56,723 nucleotides of DNA from Candidatus Eiseniibacteriota bacterium (lineage in GTDB: Bacteria > Eisenbacteria > RBG-16-71-46 > DASYSL01), in contig DATFWU010000242.1 in NCBI GenBank assembly GCA_035259005.1, forward strand, positions 1-56,723, given 5' to 3'. Of this stretch, positions 18,502-28,603 are shown piece by piece. The notes beneath the pieces were generated by a model that had not been told where the DNA came from, ran no database searches, and was given only the letters and a program-made list of their open reading frames with translations. Made by a program: the position numbers and the translations under genes. How positions within the stretch are numbered: position 1 is the first letter of the stretch; each line of letters begins with the position of its first letter.

Positions 18502-19230
18502 CTAGAAGCGCTGGGTCAGGATCGCGAAGGCGCGGGCATGGCGCCCGGTGCGACCGTCGAGCTTGAGGGTGAGACCGTCTCCCACGCGAACCTGGTTCAA
18601 GCGGAGGGCACGAAGCGCGTCGGCCATCTCGAGGACGGGGCCGGTGGCGCGAGCGAGCGTGCGCACGATGGAGATGCTCGAGCCCTCGCCCATCTTCTCG
18701 AGGCTCGCCTCGTTGCGCGAGCCGGCGGCGCTCCAGGCGACACCGGAGTGGGCATCGAGCGTGCGCGACGCGGAAAAGGCGGTCGCGCCCCAAGCGACGT
18801 TCGAAGCCTCATCGATCGAGAGCACGCGCACCGCGGTGGTCGCCACCATGCGCTGCTCGCGCTCGCGCCAGCTCTCCGACGACGGCGCCTGGATGCTCTC
18901 CTCCCAGGGCGTCGGGCTGTCGTCGGCATGCGAGTACGAGTAACGAGCGAGGGCTTCGACTCCGCGATGCATGAGGGCGCGCTCGGACGTGCCGCGCATC
19001 GGCGCCGGCATCACGACACCACTCGTGAATCGTTTCTCGGTGGAAATGCTGTTTGCGGAAAGCGTCGAGGCCACCACCCGAAGCTCGGGTGACGAGCCGC
19101 TGGTCAGGCTATTCATGGAAAGAAGGGCCGGCGTGGCCAAGCCCGATCCGGCGTGGGAGGCGACCGCCGATACGGACAGAAACAGGGGGATTCCTAGAAG
19201 GGCGCCGATCCGAGATGTCGAAACGCGCAT
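18502..19230 (-). CDS. Hypothetical secreted protein with aromatic C-terminus (possible small OMP)
   Basis: 242 aa, ATG at 19230, signal-like start MRVSTSRIGALLGIPLFLSVSAVASHA, ends ...AILTQRF. It is the first gene of the operon and is preceded by a promoter-like site. Confidence 0.5.
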   Translation of the reverse strand: MRVSTSRIGALLGIPLFLSVSAVASHAGSGLATPALLSMNSLTSGSSPELRVVASTLSANSISTEKRFTSGVVMPAPMRGTSERALMHRGVEALARYSYSHADDSPTPWEESIQAPSSESWREREQRMVATTAVRVLSIDEASNVAWGATAFSASRTLDAHSGVAWSAAGSRNEASLEKMGEGSSISIVRTLARATGPVLEMADALRALRLNQVRVGDGLTLKLDGRTGRHARAFAILTQRF

Positions 19231-19265
19231 GAAGCCTCGCTCTGCGGGGGGCCCGATCTAGGAAT

Positions 19266-19295
19266 AGATTAGGGCACTGGTGCGCAAACCGTCAA
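19266..19295 (-). promoter_or_regulatory. Sigma70-like promoter TTGACG-N18-TAATCT
   Basis: Minus strand: -35 at 19295..19290 and -10 at 19271..19266, 35 nt upstream of the ATG at 19230, inside the only sizeable gap of the cluster. Confidence 0.4.
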
Positions 19296-19357
19296 GCGCA
19301 CGGACGTACTACCGCTAGACGCCGCATGCAGTTCCGAGACCCGGACCGGCCTCGTTC

Positions 19358-22300
19358 TCAATGCAGAACGCCCAGCTGGACGACGTGGGTCTCCTTCTTG
19401 CCCGAGGCCTCCACGTCCAGGCGGGCCATGTACATCCCCGGCGCGGCTCGGGAAGGATCCCAGATGAGAGCGTTATCGGACCGAACGCCCGGCTGCGTGA
19501 TCGTGTCGATGAGGCGCCCGCTCGGGTCGTAGATCGTGAGCGTCGCCTGGCCCGGCTCCGTCAGCTGGAAGGCGACTGTCATGGGGCTCTTCTTGGCCGG
19601 GTTGGGATAGCACTTGAGTGAGCCCGAAACCAAAAGCCCAGACCCCGTCACGCCCCCCGAAGTCGGGGTCGTCACCAAGGAAAAGCCACGTCCTGGCCCA
19701 CCGCCCCAGACCGGCCACACGGCCCCGTTGTCCAGCGCCTTTTCCGGCTCGAAGGCGTAGAGCAGGGAGTCGGCATCGCCGATCAGGACCTCGAGCTGAC
19801 CGTCGCCGTCGACATCGAGAAGGGCCGCGCTCCCTTGCTGCCCGGCGCCGGTCCCGAGGGGCCATCCCGGCAGCACCTTCTTGTCCTTGTCGAGCGCCAG
19901 GAGTCGACCCGATCCCGTGGCCATCACGATCTCGGGCGTCGGCGAGGCGTCGAGGTTGGCGAGCACGGGGGAAGCCATGCTCCCGAACGGCTCGGGGTCC
20001 ACTCCCTTGGGCCAGCCCGGCGTGGCGCTCCCGCTCAAGTTCCAAAAGCCCACGCGCCCATCCTGCGTGGCGATCACCACCTCGTTGAATCCGTCGCCAT
20101 CCATGTCGCCGACCGCCACCCCTTTGGTGAGAGGCGCGTTCAGCCCGTGAAGATCCACGTGCTTGGTCTCGGTCGGCGCTTGCGCGAAGCTCGGAAAGTA
20201 GATCGTCCCCTTGCCCGTTCGCTGGTCGAGAGCCACGACCTCGGGCAAATCGAAGGCACCGCCCGCCTGGGTTCCCGACGGGCCCGCGTTCAGCTCCGCC
20301 CACGCGAGAGTGGGCCGCCAGCCCACCGGAAAAGGCGCGCTCGCAATCGGATTGCCCGCCGAGCCTGCGATGAGGACGTTCCCGAGAGAGTCGGCGGCCG
20401 CCACATAGTCCGTGTCGTATGCCGGAACACGGCAGCACGCCAGGAACGTGATCGGCGCAGGGGTGCTCTTCGATCCCGCGAGGGCGCGTAACGCGGCCCG
20501 TGGGATTTCGACGCTCGGCGGGCTCAGATTGGATGGAATGAGGTAAAGCCGTCCGCTTCGCGTTCCGATCAGAATGTCTTCCGAGAGGCCGGTCCCCTGC
20601 GTGGCGGGAGCGATCACCGGATTCGCCGTGATCCATTCCTTGCTTCCGTCCGAGGCGGTCAGCTGCATCGGGAACCCGGGCGAGACATTGCCGTTTCCAT
20701 CCAGCGCGACGATCCAGGAGCCGTCGGTCGGCCAAGCTCGATCGTCGATCTGCGCCGGGTCCGGATACACCGCGACCGCAAGGTTGCCGTAGGTGGCGCG
20801 AGCCCACTCGGCCACCGGCGAGAGCGGCGCCGGCGCCTGGAAGAGGATGGCGTCCGTTCCATTCGCCTTCACGGCGTGGATGGCCGAGTCGCCCGCGGCG
20901 AACACGACACGGCGTCCCACCCCGGCGCCGAAATCCAGGACCAGAGGCTCGACGCCTTGGCGCGGCGGATGCACCTTGATGGGCCAGCCAGGCAGACGCC
21001 AATCCGGGGTGACGCGGACCCTCATGGACGCCTGCGTGGTGTCGAGCACGTCGATGACCACGTGCGGGTTGGTGCGTGAGTTGGTGAGCAAGGGCGGCCG
21101 GCCGTCGGGGGCGAGCCGTGTGCCGTTGCCGACGAACCAGGGATCGAGCGGCGAGCCCAAGGGATAGGGTGACGTGAAGTCGCCGAGGTCCTGGAGCCCG
21201 TCGCCTTCGAGGATGTGCAGGCCGCGGCGCTTGGGATTGCCGTTGAGCGTGTAGAAGCCGTCGGCGCGCCGACCCGGCGGATCGAATGCGACCACCGACT
21301 CGTCCACCTGCCACGCGATCACTCCGTAGCCCGGCAGCAGATAGTCGTACTCGTTCGGATCCTCAGGACCGGGACCCAAGATGACGCCGGTGGTCGAGTC
21401 GCGCACCAGGGTGAGGCTGTTGTTCCGGTTCAGGTCCCCCTGCCGGTTCTCGAGCAGCAGGTATTCCTCGGAGTCGAGCGGAACTTTGATTGCCTTGTCT
21501 TCGAGGAGCGGCGACTTCAAGGAATCGATGCCCACCGTCTCCACTTCATCGGGAAGGTCTTCGTAGGCGAGATGGCGCTGGTACGGATCGGCGAGCGGCG
21601 GCACGAGTCCGATGGCGAAGAAGCTCTGCTGATTGGCGCCCGTGCCCGTCACGACCGTCGTTCCGGTCAAGTTGCCCGTGTCCATGAGCGTCCAGTAACC
21701 GCACACCGGAAAGCCCGAGAAGACGTCGTAGACGTCGCGCCAGCCGAAGATATTGTGCCCGTGCTCGTGCGCGATCACCGCGTTCAAGGCGGCGAAGTTG
21801 CCATCCTGGTTCGCGGTCTCCGGCAAGATGGCGGCCCCGAATACATAGAACGTCGAATCGGCGACCGGAATCGAGAGCGTCGAGTCGAGCCCGATGGTGA
21901 ACGTCGGGATGTCCTTCGGCGAATCGAGCTTGGTGTCGCTCTGCAGGTCGGAGCCCGCGTGCACGATGGCGATGCGGTCGAACTTGGCCCACGGAATGTT
22001 CGTGTCCTGCGTGTCGGCGGCCGCAAGCATCTCCTGGAACATCTTGTAGGCGATCGGGAACACGTCCTGCGAGATCGTCCACGGACCGAAGTCGTCCATG
22101 TCGTTACAGTGATAGGCCGTGTCCGCCTTGGGATAGATGTCGTACTGGACCACGAGACGGTGGTGGAACTCGGCGTCAAAATAGCGGCTCAGCGCCTTGA
22201 AATGCGAATCGTAGAAGGCGCGATTGTGCGGCGGCGCATCGACCGGCGGCGGATTGGCGCCTCCGGTCGTGAGATCGAACTTGCCGTCGCCCGTGGTCTG

Positions 22301-22813
22301 GGTTCCCGCGCGGTCGTGCAAGAAGTCCATGCGCAAGACGAGGATGCGCACCGTGTCCTGGCCGGGCACGCTGGCGGTGCCGACCGCCTCGGGCGCGCGC
22401 GCGCGGGCCAGCTCGCCGAGCGAGATGGCATCGACCGCGCCGGTGCGCAGGATCTCGGCGCGGCGGTTGGGCGCTCCACGCGCCGGAATCCAGCTTCCGT
22501 TCGGGCCGCGACGCAAGATGCCGAGGTGGGCCCCCGGCATCATGAACACGTCCTGGGTCACGCGTCCTGCGGCCTTCTCGGCCTGCAGGAGCTTCACCCG
22601 GTCGCGCAGGGCCTGGGCGCGGACGCTGTCCCGTGCGGCACCGCCGCGAAGCAGGAACGAGGGGAATGGCGTGGCCGCCGCGACCGGGCCCACGAGGCAC
22701 AGCACGCCGAGCGCGCCCGCGAGCCAAAGCAAAGGCCGCGCCCCGAGGGGGCGCGGCCCGAAAATAATTCCGAGTCGACCGGACAAGGACGCGGCTAGGT
22801 TAGAAGCGCGCAC
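19358..22813 (-). CDS. Secreted HExxH zinc metalloprotease (M6/InhA-like architecture) with FG-GAP repeats and T9SS-type C-terminal domain
   Basis: 1151 aa with the motif AVIAHEHGHNIF. FG-GAP/VCBS-like units are present (DMDGDGFNEVVIAT, DVDGDGQLEVLIGD). The C-terminal ~85 aa read CYPNPAKKSPMTVAFQLTEPGQATLTIYDPSGRL...PGMYMARL...VQLGVLH. The GTG at 22813 overlaps the porV-like stop; an alternative TTG lies at 22786. Confidence 0.75.
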   Translation of the reverse strand: MRASNLAASLSGRLGIIFGPRPLGARPLLWLAGALGVLCLVGPVAAATPFPSFLLRGGAARDSVRAQALRDRVKLLQAEKAAGRVTQDVFMMPGAHLGILRRGPNGSWIPARGAPNRRAEILRTGAVDAISLGELARARAPEAVGTASVPGQDTVRILVLRMDFLHDRAGTQTTGDGKFDLTTGGANPPPVDAPPHNRAFYDSHFKALSRYFDAEFHHRLVVQYDIYPKADTAYHCNDMDDFGPWTISQDVFPIAYKMFQEMLAAADTQDTNIPWAKFDRIAIVHAGSDLQSDTKLDSPKDIPTFTIGLDSTLSIPVADSTFYVFGAAILPETANQDGNFAALNAVIAHEHGHNIFGWRDVYDVFSGFPVCGYWTLMDTGNLTGTTVVTGTGANQQSFFAIGLVPPLADPYQRHLAYEDLPDEVETVGIDSLKSPLLEDKAIKVPLDSEEYLLLENRQGDLNRNNSLTLVRDSTTGVILGPGPEDPNEYDYLLPGYGVIAWQVDESVVAFDPPGRRADGFYTLNGNPKRRGLHILEGDGLQDLGDFTSPYPLGSPLDPWFVGNGTRLAPDGRPPLLTNSRTNPHVVIDVLDTTQASMRVRVTPDWRLPGWPIKVHPPRQGVEPLVLDFGAGVGRRVVFAAGDSAIHAVKANGTDAILFQAPAPLSPVAEWARATYGNLAVAVYPDPAQIDDRAWPTDGSWIVALDGNGNVSPGFPMQLTASDGSKEWITANPVIAPATQGTGLSEDILIGTRSGRLYLIPSNLSPPSVEIPRAALRALAGSKSTPAPITFLACCRVPAYDTDYVAAADSLGNVLIAGSAGNPIASAPFPVGWRPTLAWAELNAGPSGTQAGGAFDLPEVVALDQRTGKGTIYFPSFAQAPTETKHVDLHGLNAPLTKGVAVGDMDGDGFNEVVIATQDGRVGFWNLSGSATPGWPKGVDPEPFGSMASPVLANLDASPTPEIVMATGSGRLLALDKDKKVLPGWPLGTGAGQQGSAALLDVDGDGQLEVLIGDADSLLYAFEPEKALDNGAVWPVWGGGPGRGFSLVTTPTSGGVTGSGLLVSGSLKCYPNPAKKSPMTVAFQLTEPGQATLTIYDPSGRLIDTITQPGVRSDNALIWDPSRAAPGMYMARLDVEASGKKETHVVQLGVLH

Positions 22814-23834
22814 TCAATGAGAACTTCTTCACACGATCCAGCTTGGTGCCGGTGTTCTTGTCCTCGGCCTGCGGAATGCTCGCGAAGTCGACACGCAGGA
22901 TCTTGTAGCTCAAGCCGAGACCATAGGTAGGATCCGAGATCGATCCGTCGGTGTCCTGCACGTAACCACCGCGCAAGGCCACGCTCACGTCGTTGGCCTT
23001 GTACGAGAGCTCGCCGCCGCCGTTCCAGATCGGCTTGCCGTAGCGCCGGCGCACGGCGCCGCTCGTATCCACGATCTCGCCCTTGACCAGGAGCTGGTTG
23101 AAGTCGCCGACGAGCAGGAACGCGACGCTGTTCTTGTCGTAGACGGTGCCGGCCACGCCCATCTTGAGGTTGCGGTAGATGGGATCCTTCACCGGGTCGC
23201 CGCCCGCCTCGGGCTGCACGAAGGTGATGTCCGGACCCATGTTCTGGAGGGCGGCTCCCACGTTCACGCGGTTGCCCGGGACCTTCCACAGAGCACCCAG
23301 GTCGAAGGCCACGGTGCTGCCCGTGCCGGCGCCCGGGGGAAGGAAGGGAAAATCAGGCGAGAGCTGGACGCGCACGTACTTGAAGCCCACCCCGATGCCG
23401 ACCTGGTGCGCCAGCTCGACGCCGTAGGTGATGGCCGGCGAGAACTCGTAGGAGCGGAAGCTGCCCAGGTCCTGGCCCGAAGGATCGCGCGCCTCGCTCT
23501 GCCCGTACGACAGATAGATGAGGCTCCCGCTGAAGGTCCCCACGTTCTTCACGGGGAACGCCATGGAGAAATAGTCGTGGAAGACGTCCGAGGCCAGGTC
23601 CGGGACCAGCTGGGCGTGCGTCATGGACGCGTCCCGCTTGGTCAGGAAGGCCAGGCCGCCCGGGTTCCACCATGCACCGGTCGCGTCCTCGGCCAGAGCG
23701 CAGTAGGCCTCGCCCATGGCGTTGGCTCGGGCCGTGGGCGGGATGGAAAGGGAGATGGCGGCCGTTTGAGCCAGAGCTTCGCCTGCCCCGAGCGCCAAGA
23801 GGGCGCTCAGTAACGCTCGAACAAACCACTTCAT
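22800..23834 (-). CDS. porV: PorV/PorQ-family-like outer-membrane beta-barrel
   Basis: ATG at 23834 with GGAGG 7 nt upstream (residue 27 of the track ORF). Signal peptide MKWFVRALLSALLALGAGEALA. The N-terminal motif ARANAMGEAYCALAEDATGAWWNPGGLAFL resembles the PorV/PorQ signature. The C-terminus is ...FSLSARF. It is immediately downstream of the C25 peptidase. Confidence 0.65.
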   Translation of the reverse strand: MKWFVRALLSALLALGAGEALAQTAAISLSIPPTARANAMGEAYCALAEDATGAWWNPGGLAFLTKRDASMTHAQLVPDLASDVFHDYFSMAFPVKNVGTFSGSLIYLSYGQSEARDPSGQDLGSFRSYEFSPAITYGVELAHQVGIGVGFKYVRVQLSPDFPFLPPGAGTGSTVAFDLGALWKVPGNRVNVGAALQNMGPDITFVQPEAGGDPVKDPIYRNLKMGVAGTVYDKNSVAFLLVGDFNQLLVKGEIVDTSGAVRRRYGKPIWNGGGELSYKANDVSVALRGGYVQDTDGSISDPTYGLGLSYKILRVDFASIPQAEDKNTGTKLDRVKKFSLSARF

Positions 23835-23969
23835 CGGGTTCCTCCGAAAGGGGTGCCTCGAAATCGGGTTTCCCCGGATAGTACACCGCTCGGGCCTCTG
23901 GGGTCGCTCCATTATGGCCAGACCCGCGGGCGGGGTCCAAGCCCCCGGCCCGAGTGCGGTTTCAGCGCT

Positions 23970-26900
23970 TCAAGGGATGATCGCCAAGCGGCCTTCCAGA
24001 TCCGACGCCTCTCCCCCGGCCAGGGGATGGATCACCACACGATAGAGGTAGACCCCGGCCGCCGCCTGCCGCCCGGAATCGTCCTTGCCGTCCCAGCCCA
24101 CCTGGAGCTGGGCCGGGCCGCCCGAAGCCCACAAGCGCCGGATGAGCTGGCCGTTGACCGTGAACACGCGCACCTCGGCGTTCGAGGCCCCGGGTAGGCC
24201 GTTGATGACGAACTGGGTGCCGTGCCCGGCATGGAAGGGATCGGGGAAGTTGAGCACCTGCGCGAACGGCAACCCCCCGCCCGAGTTCACGTCGAAGTCG
24301 AGCGAGGCCTGGCTTCGGTTTCGCCGTCCGAAGATGCCGGCAGCGAAATTGTCGGATGCCGAAACCGAGATCGTGTGGCCGCCCGGAGCCAGTCCGGGGA
24401 GGTCGAACCCGACGCTGCCACGCGTGTACGAGCCCGGGTCGTAGCGGAAGCTCTCGGTCAGGTCGTAGCGCGCCTTGTCGTCGATCGTGAGCGTGATCGC
24501 GTTGGGAATCGAGTGACCGGTCAGGTTGATGCCGTGCGCATCCTCGAGCACCACGCGCAACGGCGCGTCCGGCGCTTCCACGGTCTTTCCATCCTCGAAG
24601 CGCAGCGTGATCGTGGGCCCGGTGGTGTCGATCTCGGAAGGCTGGCCGTCCACCATGTGAAGAGTCAACGACCCGACGCCGTCGTCGCTCGCGTTCTGCA
24701 CGTACACGCGCGCCTTGGCGCGCGGACCGAGCAGGCCCTCCAGCGGCACGTAGAAGCGCGCCGTGGCGCGGCCGTCCTTGATGGGCAGATCGCCGTGGAA
24801 CACGCTGCCCGGATTATAGGTGTAGGGGTAGATGGATCCGCCGCGCGCGATCTCGAAGGTGTCGACGGGCGCCGAGTCCGTGACCCACACGCTGGCCGTG
24901 CCCTGGTAGCTGGTCGCCACCAGCGAGCTCGTCGTGTCGTGCGAGGTGTGCACCTCGGCTTCCACGCGCACGCGACGCCCGCGCGGCAAAGAGTCGACGA
25001 GCGCCTGCCCATTCTCGTCGTCGAACAGCGCCAGGCGCACGTCGAGGTGCGGGATCGCCAGCCGCGTGCCGGGATCGCCCTGCAGCGTGTACTTGCGGTC
25101 GTTCTCGGTGGCGTCGATGCGGCGCTTGATGTTGTAGCACGCCTGCCCGAGCGTGTTGTCGTAGCCATCGGGCGTGAGCACGAAGAGCTGGCGGAACAGC
25201 TCCTGGTTGAGCGACGAGTTCTGGCTCGAGTAGGCGAGATCGGACGCCGACAGGGTCGCGATCGCGCCGCCCGAGGCCGACTTCACCAGGGCCTCGCCCA
25301 ATCCCACGATCACCGGATCGTCGAACTTGCCCACGTCGCACGAGGCGGCGATCACGAAGGTGAGCTTGTCCGAGTTGGTGAGTGTCGGCACGTCCGAGAT
25401 GATGAAGGCGTTCTCGTCGGCCATCTTGAACGGGTTCCCGTGGCCCACGAAGTTCCACAGGACGCTGCCCTCGTTGAGCCGCTTCTTGATCTCGGTGCTC
25501 ACCGCCGGCTTCTCGGTTCCCGAGCCGAACGGGTAGCGGCTCATGTAGACCTTCTGGCGGTCGATCACCGGCGGCAGCACGGCGTCGAGCAGCTCGCTCT
25601 GGTACTGGTGCGTGCCGTACAGCCCGTCGGGAACTGGATTCCCGGCGGGGTCGAAGCCCTGGTAGAAGTCGTCGGCCACGAGCAGCGCGCGGTTGCGCCA
25701 TTCGCCGAAGGTGGGCTTGGTGTCGTAGGGGATGATCTTGCCGTCGACCAGCTCATCGGCCTCGGCCGCGGTGCCCGCGGGAAGCCGCCCGATGATGAAG
25801 TCGGGGATGTCGTCGGGCGAGAACGTCTGCCCCGGCAGCGGCGGATCGATGGGGCCCAGATCGATGTCGGCGAGCCAATCGTCGGTCATGTACTGGCCGG
25901 CGATGTAGCCGTGCACGTAGGACGGCACGAGGGCCGGCGGATGGCCCGGCGTGGCCAGGTTCAGGGTGTTCTTGAAGTCATACGAGGCGTCGCCGAAGAA
26001 GCACACGTACTGCGGCACCGGATCCCAGCGCTTGGACGCGTCATAGAGGAAGTTGCGGACCGCCGTCGGATCCATGCGCCCGCCCGCATACCAATCGAGG
26101 ATGTCCGAGATGCGCACCACCTTGGTGCGCGCGTTCGGGATGCCGGTCAGGATGTGCGAGCGCAGGTCGGCCAGGCGCTGGGCCTCGGGCTCGAATTCGT
26201 CGTAGACGATCACCAGATAGTCGGCGCCACTCGGGGCTCCCAGATCGCGCACGTCCGCGTTCTCGAGCGTGGGGCGGCGAAAGTGAGAGAGCGAAGCGCC
26301 GTAGTAGAAGCGCGGGCCGCTCAAGACGTCATCGAGATAGACGGCCTTCCCTCCCGTCGTGTCGCGCGTCGTCCAGCCAGTCAGCTCGACCGGGCTCACC
26401 GGATCGCTCACGTCGAGCAGGCGAAGCCCGGCGGCGGCGTTGGGCGTGAAGGCGGCCACGCCGTACTGCACGCTGCCCGTAGTGTCGGGGCTCGCGAAAT
26501 CGATGACGTCGTTCACCGCCTGGAAGCGGCGGCGGAAGTGCAGCTCCCAGAAGAGAAACGCCTGCGTGTCGCGTCGGTTCGGATTGGGCGGATCGACCCG
26601 GAACGGCGCCTGGAAGACGAAGCGGTTGCCGAGCTCCTTCATCCACACCGCGGTGGTGTCGATGTCCATGCGGAACTTTCCGCTCCAGCTCTTCTCGGCG
26701 ATGGGCACGCCGTTGAAGCTCGTGTCCAGATAGTGATCCTGCAGAGTCCTCGGCGGAGTCGTGGCGGGCTCCGCGGAAGTCCCCCAGAAGCGCGCATAGA
26801 GCCGCGCCGGCTGAGCGGTCTGCGCGCCTGGTGTGTCGACGAAGAAGTTCTGCGCTCCCGATTTGTCGTAGAACTCGATCCAGGCCCACTGATCCCAAGG

Positions 26901-28289
26901 ACGCGTGGGATTGAAGTCGTACATGTTGGGCCGGTACTGGAAGTCCTGCTCGAGATGGACGCGCGCGGCGTAGTCGGGCGCCGGCCACGCCGTGGGATCC
27001 GTGGGCGCCACGCCCCGCGTCGCCCAGCGCCGGGCCGGCGAGGCCAGATTGGCCTGCCAGGTCAGCCAGTAGAAGTTCTTGGTCTCGTAGGGATGATCGA
27101 GCCAATAATTCGGCGTCGTCCCCGGACCCTTGAAATCGTCGAGCCAGTCGGAGGGCGGAAGACCGTAGAAGAGAAGGTAGTCGCCCGGATCGAAGCGGCC
27201 ATCTCCTCCGTCCACGACGCCGATCGCGACCTCGTTGAGGCCACAGGTGTCGCAGTAGCTGTCCTCGTCGAGGATCGGCGGGCCGCCGCGCGTGAATACG
27301 CGCAAGGACGAGCTCGAGATTCCGGAGAGCGAGATGCCGATCGACTGCAAGTCCTCATAGGAAACGCGCTGGATGCCCTTGCCGTCGACCGCGAGCTTGA
27401 CCCAGCGAGGCGAGACGTCGAAGCCCACTGCCGTCTGTGCATTGGGCGACCACGAACGCACGGCCCCCATGGCGCGCGCGCGCTCGCGGGCGTCGGTGCG
27501 CACGCGCTCGCCGAACGAGCGCCGGAACGAGCGCGCGCTCTCGTAGTTGAGGAGGGAGCTCTTGTAGATGGGCTCGAACGCGCCCTCGACCGGCGGTCGC
27601 GAGCCGAACGTCGACCCGCCGGAGAAACGCACCGTCACCGTGAGCTTGGAATAGACGGAGAGCCGCCCGCTCGCCGGATCGTAGATCGCGGGGCGCAGAC
27701 GGATGGCCGCCACCCGCTGCGAACGGAGTCCGGTGATGCCGGCCAGCTCGGCGACGGGATAGTCCTTTGGCGCCTCGCGGTACGCCTTGCTCTCGAGGAA
27801 GGGCGCCACCCGGTCCGGGTAGGCGCCGTGGATCTTCGAGGGATCGGGTGTGGCGCCCGCGCGCTCGAGATCGATCGTGGCCAGGCGCGGTGCCAGCCGC
27901 ACGGTGCCGTACTCGACGGGATCGAGACCGGCTCCGTCCACCGCCACGCGCGCACCGTCGGGAATCCCGATCCACACCACGCGCACCGGCAAGCCGGGCG
28001 CTCCGCTCTCGCCACCGAGCTGGAAGTTCGGAATCCCCATCTCGACGATGTGCTCGTCGGGCTGTCCGACGACCGAGAAGATGGCCGGGGAGACATCGAC
28101 TTCGAACGCCACGCCGGCGGCATCCTCGCGCACGACGTGGAATCCCTCCGCCTCGTAGGGCGAGTCGTCGGCCGGGGCCTGGGCCGCGCAAGCGACGGCA
28201 AAGACGCAGGCGACTCCGAAGGGCGCAAGGAGCCCCCGGACCCCCGGGCGGCGCCTTGCGCCGTCCGTGGCGAGCAAGCGAGCCAGCAC
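23970..28289 (-). CDS. porU: Peptidase C25 family protein, PorU-like (candidate T9SS C-terminal signal peptidase) with its own CTD
   Basis: 1439 aa. The catalytic-dyad context is FVGHGNPF ... VIAASCDVGKFD, with His and Cys 34 residues apart. The C-terminus is FPDPFHAGHGTQFVINGLP...VRVFTVNGQLIRRL...AGVYLYRVV...RLAIIP. GTG start at 28289. Confidence 0.75.
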   Translation of the reverse strand: MLARLLATDGARRRPGVRGLLAPFGVACVFAVACAAQAPADDSPYEAEGFHVVREDAAGVAFEVDVSPAIFSVVGQPDEHIVEMGIPNFQLGGESGAPGLPVRVVWIGIPDGARVAVDGAGLDPVEYGTVRLAPRLATIDLERAGATPDPSKIHGAYPDRVAPFLESKAYREAPKDYPVAELAGITGLRSQRVAAIRLRPAIYDPASGRLSVYSKLTVTVRFSGGSTFGSRPPVEGAFEPIYKSSLLNYESARSFRRSFGERVRTDARERARAMGAVRSWSPNAQTAVGFDVSPRWVKLAVDGKGIQRVSYEDLQSIGISLSGISSSSLRVFTRGGPPILDEDSYCDTCGLNEVAIGVVDGGDGRFDPGDYLLFYGLPPSDWLDDFKGPGTTPNYWLDHPYETKNFYWLTWQANLASPARRWATRGVAPTDPTAWPAPDYAARVHLEQDFQYRPNMYDFNPTRPWDQWAWIEFYDKSGAQNFFVDTPGAQTAQPARLYARFWGTSAEPATTPPRTLQDHYLDTSFNGVPIAEKSWSGKFRMDIDTTAVWMKELGNRFVFQAPFRVDPPNPNRRDTQAFLFWELHFRRRFQAVNDVIDFASPDTTGSVQYGVAAFTPNAAAGLRLLDVSDPVSPVELTGWTTRDTTGGKAVYLDDVLSGPRFYYGASLSHFRRPTLENADVRDLGAPSGADYLVIVYDEFEPEAQRLADLRSHILTGIPNARTKVVRISDILDWYAGGRMDPTAVRNFLYDASKRWDPVPQYVCFFGDASYDFKNTLNLATPGHPPALVPSYVHGYIAGQYMTDDWLADIDLGPIDPPLPGQTFSPDDIPDFIIGRLPAGTAAEADELVDGKIIPYDTKPTFGEWRNRALLVADDFYQGFDPAGNPVPDGLYGTHQYQSELLDAVLPPVIDRQKVYMSRYPFGSGTEKPAVSTEIKKRLNEGSVLWNFVGHGNPFKMADENAFIISDVPTLTNSDKLTFVIAASCDVGKFDDPVIVGLGEALVKSASGGAIATLSASDLAYSSQNSSLNQELFRQLFVLTPDGYDNTLGQACYNIKRRIDATENDRKYTLQGDPGTRLAIPHLDVRLALFDDENGQALVDSLPRGRRVRVEAEVHTSHDTTSSLVATSYQGTASVWVTDSAPVDTFEIARGGSIYPYTYNPGSVFHGDLPIKDGRATARFYVPLEGLLGPRAKARVYVQNASDDGVGSLTLHMVDGQPSEIDTTGPTITLRFEDGKTVEAPDAPLRVVLEDAHGINLTGHSIPNAITLTIDDKARYDLTESFRYDPGSYTRGSVGFDLPGLAPGGHTISVSASDNFAAGIFGRRNRSQASLDFDVNSGGGLPFAQVLNFPDPFHAGHGTQFVINGLPGASNAEVRVFTVNGQLIRRLWASGGPAQLQVGWDGKDDSGRQAAAGVYLYRVVIHPLAGGEASDLEGRLAIIP

Positions 28290-28297
28290 TCGCGGAC

Positions 28298-28465
28298 TCA
28301 GAAACGTTCGGCCTGGTCCACCAGCATCACCGGGATGTCATCCACCACCCGGTAGCGCAGACGGCAGGCCTGGCAGGTCAGCATCGAAGCGTTGGAATCG
28401 TATTCGAGATCCCCGCGGCAGACGGGGCAGATGAGAATGGAGAGCAAATCCGCGCTCAGCGCCAT
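28298..28465 (-). CDS. Trm112/UPF0434 (YcaR-like) zinc-ribbon mini-protein, 55 aa
   Basis: Not in the track (<60 aa). Hand translation gives MALSADLLSILICPVCRGDLEYDSNASMLTCQACRLRYRVVDDIPVMLVDQAERF*, which has two CxxC pairs and the IPVML motif typical of the family. RBS GAGGA lies upstream of the ATG at 28465. Its stop is 8 nt from the PorU-like start. Confidence 0.75.
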   Translation of the reverse strand: MALSADLLSILICPVCRGDLEYDSNASMLTCQACRLRYRVVDDIPVMLVDQAERF

Positions 28466-28603
28466 GATCGGCGTTCCTCTACTCGTTCAGGTCGTGGCAA
28501 ATGCCCTGCGAGGGCCTTCGGGCGATGGTCCGTGATGCGGCAGGTAACCAGAACGGTTGAAGCCTCCTACAGGGCGCAGGATGGGCAGGCTCGAGTCGCA
28601 ATC

